The notes under the pieces are model-generated. The model had not been told where the DNA came from, did not search any database, and was given only the letters and a program-made list of their open reading frames with translations. From the NCBI GenBank assembly GCA_027858295.1, contig JAQICZ010000014.1, positions 1,293 to 65,292 on the forward strand: a stretch of 64,000 nt of DNA, given 5' to 3'. This document shows positions 46,501 to 55,500 of the stretch, one piece after another. A program made the translations under genes and the position numbers. This stretch comes from Nanobdellota archaeon. GTDB taxonomy: Archaea > Nanobdellota > Nanobdellia > Pacearchaeales > GW2011-AR1. Each line of letters opens with the position of its first letter. Position 1 is the stretch's first letter.

Positions 46501-49500
46501 ACTCCATTCGCAACGCCTGTAAAATTGTAGGCCCTAGTAGAATCCGTGAATATCATACTCGAAACCTCACTCATCGAATTATCGAACAATCGAAGCGTAA
46601 TATTCTTAAAATTATTTTCCACAACACTTGTATTCACATAAATCCAATTTTGACTTTTATTCCCGCTATCGTTCTCAGTTCCAGCAGAGAAACTAACAAC
46701 AGGTGCAGTATTATCCAATGTTATTTTTCTTGTAATAGTTGATCCCTTCAAATTGACATCATCAACAACTGTTACATTATAGTAATATATTCCTTCTGGT
46801 ATAAGTGTCCAATTAACATTTCTTCTTCCATTAAGAGAAGTAGTCAACGGCTTTGCAAGAGTTCCAAAAGAATCATATAGCGCAAAAGTAATATTAGCCT
46901 CATTAACTTCAACAACAGAAACCTCAACTGTAATACTCGTTCCAGAAATTACAGAATCATTAACTTTTGTCGCTCCAGTAAAAGAAACCATAGGTGCAAT
47001 ATTATCAAGTATTATTGAACGAGTTGGTGAATAACCAACGTTCCCAGCCAAATCATACGAGCTTACATTATAATAATAAACATCATCTGCGAGGTTAGTC
47101 CAATTAATTTGCCTAGTCCCATCTGAAAAAGTATTCGGACTTGGAGAAACAATCCCCTCATCATTAAACAATCCAAAAGTCATGTTCTTGTAATTCTTTT
47201 CATACATGCTCGTATTTACAAAAATATTATCTTGTAATTTCACAACCCCATCATTTTCTGTTGCTGCAATAAATGTAATAACTGGTGCCGTATTATCAAT
47301 TTCAATACTATTAGCAGTCGTATTATATTCATTATCAACCGAATCTCTCACCCTATAAAACCAACTAAATACATCATCATACAAAAAAGTATACACAACT
47401 CCAATTGTTGCAGAACTCATGCCAATCAAAGACACAAGAGAAGTAAAGACAACATTCCCCGTAGAATTATAAATATATAACATTGCATCTTTCAATTCCA
47501 CACTATCAACAATAGTAGCTGTCAAATTCTGAGTAGGATTCTTAGTGAAATATCCATCTCCTGGAGTATTGGAAACCCCTGTCGGTTTTGTCGTATCAAA
47601 CTCAACAGACCGAGTGCTACTATTACCAATTCTTCCAGCCTTGTCATAGACCGTAATATTATATTTATAAATTCCATCAGAGAGTCCAGTAAAGGTATAA
47701 TTTCTTGTTGAGTCTGAATATGTCTGACTCCCAACATTCACTCCAGCCTTATACAAGTCAAACGTAATATTTTTCAAATTTGTCTCGACTACCAAAGCGT
47801 CAACATACAAACTACCTTGACTTACTCTAATGCCATCATTCAAAGTCCCAACTCCAAAGTCTACAATAGGATTTGTCAAATCAAGTGAAACTGAATAATT
47901 AGCAATAGCTGTACCAATAAAACTCAAACTATCATTACATTTTACATTCCATTTATAATTTCCTTCACTATCGAGATTTAATGAAAATTTAACTACCTCA
48001 AATATTTCTTCACTACTAACAGTATAAAATGATTCTGGACTTTCTTGATTTTGATATGATGTTGCAATCCAGTCGGCGCTCCTAGGTGTAGACGATATTT
48101 GTACTTCATCCAACACTCCTGTCCAATAAGAATCCGTATTTGCACTTTTACCCAATGTAAGTGGATAATCATTTGTTGTTATTGTGCTTCCTGCTCCTGC
48201 AGAATAAGTGTTTATCAATATTCCGTCACTATACACTCTAGCAACCCCCCCCTCAACTACAGATGTTATTAAATGCCAAGACCCATCATTAACTGTTCCA
48301 AAACTCGCAGCAGGATCCCCCCCCCATCCAGATACCCAATACCCAACAAATCCATAAGCATTAACTTTACTTCCTATACCATAACCTGTAGTCCATCTAC
48401 CTAATTTATCAATAATCTTTGCCCAATCTCCACTCGCATCAGTCGTTTGCATCCAGGTTGAAATTGTAAAATCATCAACAAAATCAACTGGTGTATCAGC
48501 AGTTGTAATATAATCAGTAGAACTTCCAACGAAATTTATACCCGAACCAATTCTTGCGCCGATTACATTAGTTGAATCCATGCTTGTTGCCGTCCCATCA
48601 TTCGCATTTGCAGTTGAATCTTGAATATTTATTTCTGTCATATGCCACACTGCAGAATAATTTGAATTCCAAACTCCAGCTGAATCCTCTTGATTTATTG
48701 CATTAGAATTATTATAATACATAAACAATTTCATATCTGAAACTGACGATAAATTAACTTTCACCCAAGCGACCAAATGAGCATGAGTTGAATTATATGT
48801 CTGATTAAAAGATTCCATTTCATAAGAAAGCTTTGTGGTGCCGTCAGAAAAAGTAAATAAAATATCTGCACCATCACTCCTTGTAAAATCATGTAAACCC
48901 TCATCATACAACTCTACCAAAAAAGGAAAATCTGTTAAACTCGATTGCACGCTTCCAGAATCAATAGTAATCGTCTTTCTTTTTTCCCAACTAGAATTAT
49001 ACCACGGAGCGACAATCTTTAATGTTTGATTCAAATGCCATCCCCCTCTCCAGTCACCATACAATGAACAATAATCTAGCCCATCAGGATCAACGGCTGA
49101 ATAATTAAAATCAAATAATGTTTGCACTGAATAAACAGTATCATTAGCTGGTTCGTTTAATGTCACCGCAGGTCCTGCTGTTGAAACCAAAAAAGTAACC
49201 TGCTTCGTTCCTAAATTTCCAAAAGTATCATTTGCATAAAAATAAACAGTATGCTGCCCATCCTCAACAGTTATGGCAGAAGATCCCAAACAGTCTGTAG
49301 TTGCATTCGCTCCACCATTAACATTATACCAACAAGTATTCACACCAGCAATTAGATCAGTCACACTATAGTTTAAAAGTAAGTTTGTTCCATTTCCATA
49401 AGCCTTAGCTTGTGGACTAATTATATTAATTGATGGGCCACTAACATCCACCCCAATTCTTCTAGTCACACTATTACCTAAATTACCCGCCTTATCATAA

Positions 49501-52500
49501 GAAGATATATTATATTCATAAAATCCCGTAGACAAACCACTAAAATTAAATGACCTCGTACTATCACTAAAGGTCTGACTCACAACTTCATTTCCAAAAT
49601 TATCGAATAATCCAAACGTAACATTTGAGAAATAAGGCTCCGTTACCACCCCATCAACAAAAACCCAATTATGACTAACATTGTTATTATCAGCTTCGGT
49701 TAAAACACCAAAATCAACAACAGGGGCTGAATTATCAAGTGTTATCTTACGAGTTGCAGGGTTCCCAAGATTTCCTGCTTTATCATAAACAGTTACATTA
49801 TAATAATATTCTAAATCATCAAGTCCAGTAAAATTAAAACTTTTCGTCCCGTCAACAAAAGTTTGACTACTAATAACCGACGACTGATTACTCAAAATAA
49901 AAGTAATATTTTCAAAATTGTCTTCAACATAGCTAACATTTACATAAATATAATTTCTTGCAAAATATGAATCATCTGCTTCAACACCTTCACCATAGCT
50001 AACAATTGGCAAACCATTATCCAAAGTAACCGTTCTAGTTTCTGTCGAATTAGAATGCCCATAAATATCATAAACAGTCACATTATAATAATAAAGACCA
50101 TCAGCTAACAACACCCAAGGAAGAACTCTTCTCTTATCAGTATAGGCAACAGGTGTACTTGCTAAATTAAAAGACGAGTCATATAAATAAAAAGTAATAT
50201 TCGCTTCATTTGGTTCCACAACATTGACTTCTGCCGTAATTGTGTCTCCAGAAACAATCAATCCATCCGCCAAAGTAACCCCACTAAAAGAAATCAAAGG
50301 ATTTTCAGAATCTACATTAATTTTTCTTGTTTCTGAAACTCCAAGCTGACCAGACAAGTCATAAGCAGAAACATTATAATAATAATCCCCAGAAGAAAGT
50401 CCAGTAAAAACATATCCTCTAGTTGTATCTGTAAACCGTCCATTGTCTACCATCAACCCCATTTCGTCGTACAACGAAAATGTAACATTCTTAAAATTAG
50501 CATCAACAACACTCACGTTTACAGAGAAATAACTCTCACCAATCTGTGTATCATTCAAAGGCGTGTCTGGAGAAATAAAAGTAATCACCGGACCTGCCGC
50601 GTCACAAGCCGTTGCTACCCCCCCAATTAAAGTCAAATTATATCTCAAAGGATAACCATCATCAATTGCATCCGCAATAGTAAGGTCAACATTCGCATCA
50701 TCAGTTAAACAAGTAAAATCATAATACCACTCATTACCAGCACCCGAAACAAATCCATTGCTCCCGCCATTAACAGTTCCATTAACTGATGCAATTGAAT
50801 CCGTCCCATCAGCGACATCAATGCTAAACCTAGCTATATCATTCAATCCAACAAAACTGCTATTTACCCTAGGATTAGAAAAGACAGGTGCATCTAGATT
50901 CTCATCATAAGGTAATTCTAAAACTTGCCAAGCGTATTCTCTATTCTGCCCTCCATAAGTTCTCTCAATATGAATTCCCGTGACAGGGTCTCCACCATTA
51001 AAACCACTCCACTCTGTATGACGAGGCTTCGCCGTACCATCTCCGTTTGAAGTTCCAGAAACAAAGAACAAACTTCTGTTCCTTGAAAAGCTGCTTAAAA
51101 AAACAACATCATCTACATAATCTGCACTAGCCCAATCCGTATGGATTCCTTCTTCTCTCTGCGTCGCTCCTGATAAATCAATTACATACCACTTAACACC
51201 CGCATCATTAATACCATCAAAATCATAAAAGCAAACAAAATTATCATCCTGTATATAACCAGCCCTTGTAGAAGAATCAAGACCACCAGTATTTAGATGC
51301 AAAGAATTACTTTGGTGAAATAAAATAGATGTACTCTTATTTATTGTCTTACCAATGCTAAAACAATCTGGAGCCGTATCAGGACCACTAATCGCTCCGG
51401 TATAACCCTTTGCAAAATTATTTATTTTATCAATATCCCAGCTAACAACAACCCACCTGAAATCAACATTAAGAGCAGTCCCCGAATTTCCCCTTGTAAA
51501 AGTAATAGTATTTGCATCTGTAATATCAGAATAAAATTGGATTAAATCCCCATTATTTCCAGTGTAAGTCGTACTAATATAAAACCAAGACATTGAATTT
51601 GCAACATTTACTGGTGTTGGAATTGTCGCAGTTGTTGTAGCTGCTGTCCCTGAATAACTATGAACTTCTCTTTGCACAGAAAATTCCCCATTCATTGCTT
51701 CCAAGACTTGCCATGAAACAACAACTGGACCATCTGCAGCATTCCCCCTCTGTGCCCGAATGTGGGTAGAATTATATAAATACAAAGAAACAAAAGAAGT
51801 GTCTGATGTTGTTGCCGGGTCTCCACTTGTTCCCGCCGTTGTATTCTCCTGATTCCCTTTATTCTGAGAAAGAACAAAAGATGAATTAATATCCACTACA
51901 AAATCAAGCGGAATAAATTCATCTGTCCCTACAAAATTATAAAGCCCACTTTGAGTTTGGTACCCCAATTTATCTGAACCACCTAAATCTTCAAAATTAA
52001 CAACTATTGTATTTAGAGTTTTCAAATCTTCATAACCAAAAGCTGAACCCAAACAAGATACATTATAATTATAAGCCCCATATGTCGAAAAGTTTCTATT
52101 ATATTCAAACAAATAAGATGATGCATTGTAAACCATTTCTACTTTTTCATCTTCAAAGCTAATGTTACAACTTGCAGTGTCAATTGCTTGTCCTGTCGTT
52201 AAATTGCTATAATTTGCATAAAATGAAACATTGTCCAAAGGGTAAACTGTTTTAAATTCCGTTGTATCAGAGACTTGCAGCTTACTATTAGCACCTAATG
52301 TATAAGTACTAAAAGAACTAACATTGAAAATTAGAACTCCACCAGCATATGAATTGATTTGACAATCCTGACAAATAACACCATCCTTCAAAACCTTTGG
52401 CACAAACTGATAATTCAAATTATACATCTCAATCGTCGCGGACCGATTCATTCTCTCCTCTACTAAAGAGTTCACACCCACCTGTTCTTCTCCTATTACA

Positions 52501-55500
52501 ACCAAGGAATCAAAATCCACTCCACCTGTCAAATTCAAATTTTGATTATAACTAATTTTACCATAACTTGGATTTTCCAAAACAAACTTTGAGACGTCAT
52601 TCAAGTCAACAGTTGAAAAATCAGTTGTATTTCCAGAAAAAGAATTCACACCAACTACATCGAAAAATCTAATTTCTGATTGCGCAAAATTCTCCGCTTC
52701 ATCATAACAAACAACACTAAAATTATAATGCCCAATAGGCAAACCACTGTAATCCAAAGACTCGGCAACTCCCTTTGAGACAATCGTATCATTTAGAACA
52801 TAATTATTATTTATTATCAAACTACAATTCTTTATGCTTGATAAAACATCTGAAACATTATACTTAAAGCTCATAACTCCATCAACATCTCCTGAATTGT
52901 TCAAAATTGATTTCAAAACAATTGTTGAGGGTATCGTATCAATTGTAATTGTATTATTTGTTGTATCGTACACATTATCTGCCAGATCAGAAACTCTATA
53001 GAACCAAGAATAAACCCCATCAGAAACAAAATTATAAACAATTCCTACCGTCGCAACAACTCCAGAAACCAAGACTGTTGTCGTATTTATCAAACTTCCA
53101 CTTGAATTAAAAATTGACAAAGCTGCCCTTTTTAAGCCAAGAGCATCAGAGACATCAGCGGTTAAATTTTGATTTCTTTTACTTGAATGTTTATTGCTAG
53201 TCGGTGTACTTAATGTCGCAGAAGGATTTACAGTGTCAATCGTTATATTTCTTGTCGTTGTTACGTTTAAGTGTCCCGCCTTATCATAAACAGTCACATT
53301 GTAAAAATAAAGTTTACTCAAAAGACCATTCCAAGTAACACTCCTTGTCGAATCAGTAAAAGTATCACTATTCAAAACTCCTGTTCCATCATACAACTCA
53401 AAAGTTATATTCTCAAAATTATCTTCAATAATACTTATGTTTACGAAAATAGAATTTGCGTTTACAACACTCCCATCATTTAATGTTCCAGAAGCAAAAT
53501 CAGCCATTGGATTAGTGTGATCTATTGTCAACCCACTCTGGAGAGTATAATTTCCAAGAGAGCTATCACTCCCCCAAAAATCAATCGCTTCACAAGTAAA
53601 ATTAACCCCCGTTGTTTCTGGAGCCAAAGAAGTGTCCCAAACAAAACTACTACCCCCTGTGTGGCTCCCGATATTACCATTTGTATCATTTACCATATAC
53701 GTTACGACATCTCCTTCCGGATCAACAGAACCAGAACAATTCAATTGAACATTCCCATCAATAACAACATCACAACTGCCTCCATTACACGTTAAACCCG
53801 TTGGTACCGAGGGCGCCGCGTTTGGAAGAACTTGAAATGCTAAATCATCTGTATCGCTCCATGTTTGTGTATTTCCACACGTATCTGCCGCATTCCCATT
53901 ATATTGCATTACTCCTCTAACAACATGATCTCCAACTCTTGAGGAGAGCACAATATTTCTTGTTACAAGTTCATATCCTGCCCCTGCACAAGTAAACGCC
54001 GGACCTACTATTGTCCAAATTGGACTTTGAGCATTGTCAGAATAAACCACATTCACGTTATCTGTAGCTCCATAACAATAAACCCATATATCTGCTTGAA
54101 TTGTATCCCCAACTTCAAACGTAGCACGCCCCAAATTTGTCACAGTTATATTTTCAACACTCTCATCACTTGCATATGTCCCGGCACTAGTACCATCAGT
54201 ACAGGCATCTACAGTATTTGGAGAATTAGGTTCTGCTGTTCCACCCATATTTGCTTTAGCAATTAAAAGAGAAGTCGGTGCAACACATGGAGAATCTCCA
54301 ACAGAACAATAAGGCGCACCAAATGTAGAATTATATGTTGCTGTAGGATCCACAATATAATCAAACTGAACAGAGCCATTTACAACTTTTAAGTCATACG
54401 TATCCTGCACCCCTAACAAGCCAGAAAGATATATTTTGTTCCCAACATCATCTTTCAATAAATCAAATTTAGTAATCATCACCTCGCCATCTTTTTCATA
54501 CACTTCAACCCAAGGCGTACCATTAATCACTTTTGGATAAATAGTAATATCTTTTGTCTTATCTAATTCTCTCTCAAAAGTAATTCTAACAAATTCTCCA
54601 TCGTTAATAGTTGGCGAATAAACCCCATCTAAATCTTCAACTTGAGAATAAATATCTTCTATGTAATTTCTATTGACGTCTAAATGCTCTGCAAGGTTAA
54701 TAACAATAATCTGGAATGTCTGATTTGATAAATGAGGTACATCCCAACTAACATAATCATAAATTCCATTCTCATCCCTATCTTCCAATTTCTCACTCTG
54801 AATTTTTACACCCTCTTCAACCCAATTAATAACAACTTCTCTTTTATCTCTAACATTCAATGCTTCATCAATCTCAGTAGAAACAATTACATTAGTATAA
54901 TGTTCTTCTGAATAAACTAAAACTTCTTTCCCATTCTTCAAAATCTTTTCTTCTTTATTTGGTGCAGCTGTTTCATATACCACTTCAATATGACCTTGTT
55001 CCACCTCCTCTACTTCCGGAATATCCCTTACTTCTTCTACACTTAGACTCCTTAAACTAAGACTCTTCTTACTAGTAGCAATATAGGTTCCTGTATCTGA
55101 TTCCTTATAACTAATTTCCTTCCCTTCCTTTGGGATTTTAACATTAACCTTCTTACCTTCATTGTAAACTTTCTTAGTCCATCTAACCGGTTGCCCCACT
55201 TCTGCCGCCCCTTGGACTATTTCAACTGTAAAATCCTCTTCCTCAAAAATTTCTTCTAAAGAATTATTAACAGTCTCATTTTCAAAAACATTTCCAACTT
55301 GTTCACCCGCAGAAAAATCAAAAGAAACATTGGCAGAACTATTTTCTTTTTTAGTCAAATTATCTAGCGCTATAGTGCTCTCATTAATTACAGAACTAAA
55401 AGAATTATTTTCGGCACCAACGCTCTCATTCCCAACCTGTTCACTTGAATCATTGCTTTCCGTGATACTCTCATTAACTTTATCCAAAACATCAGAATCA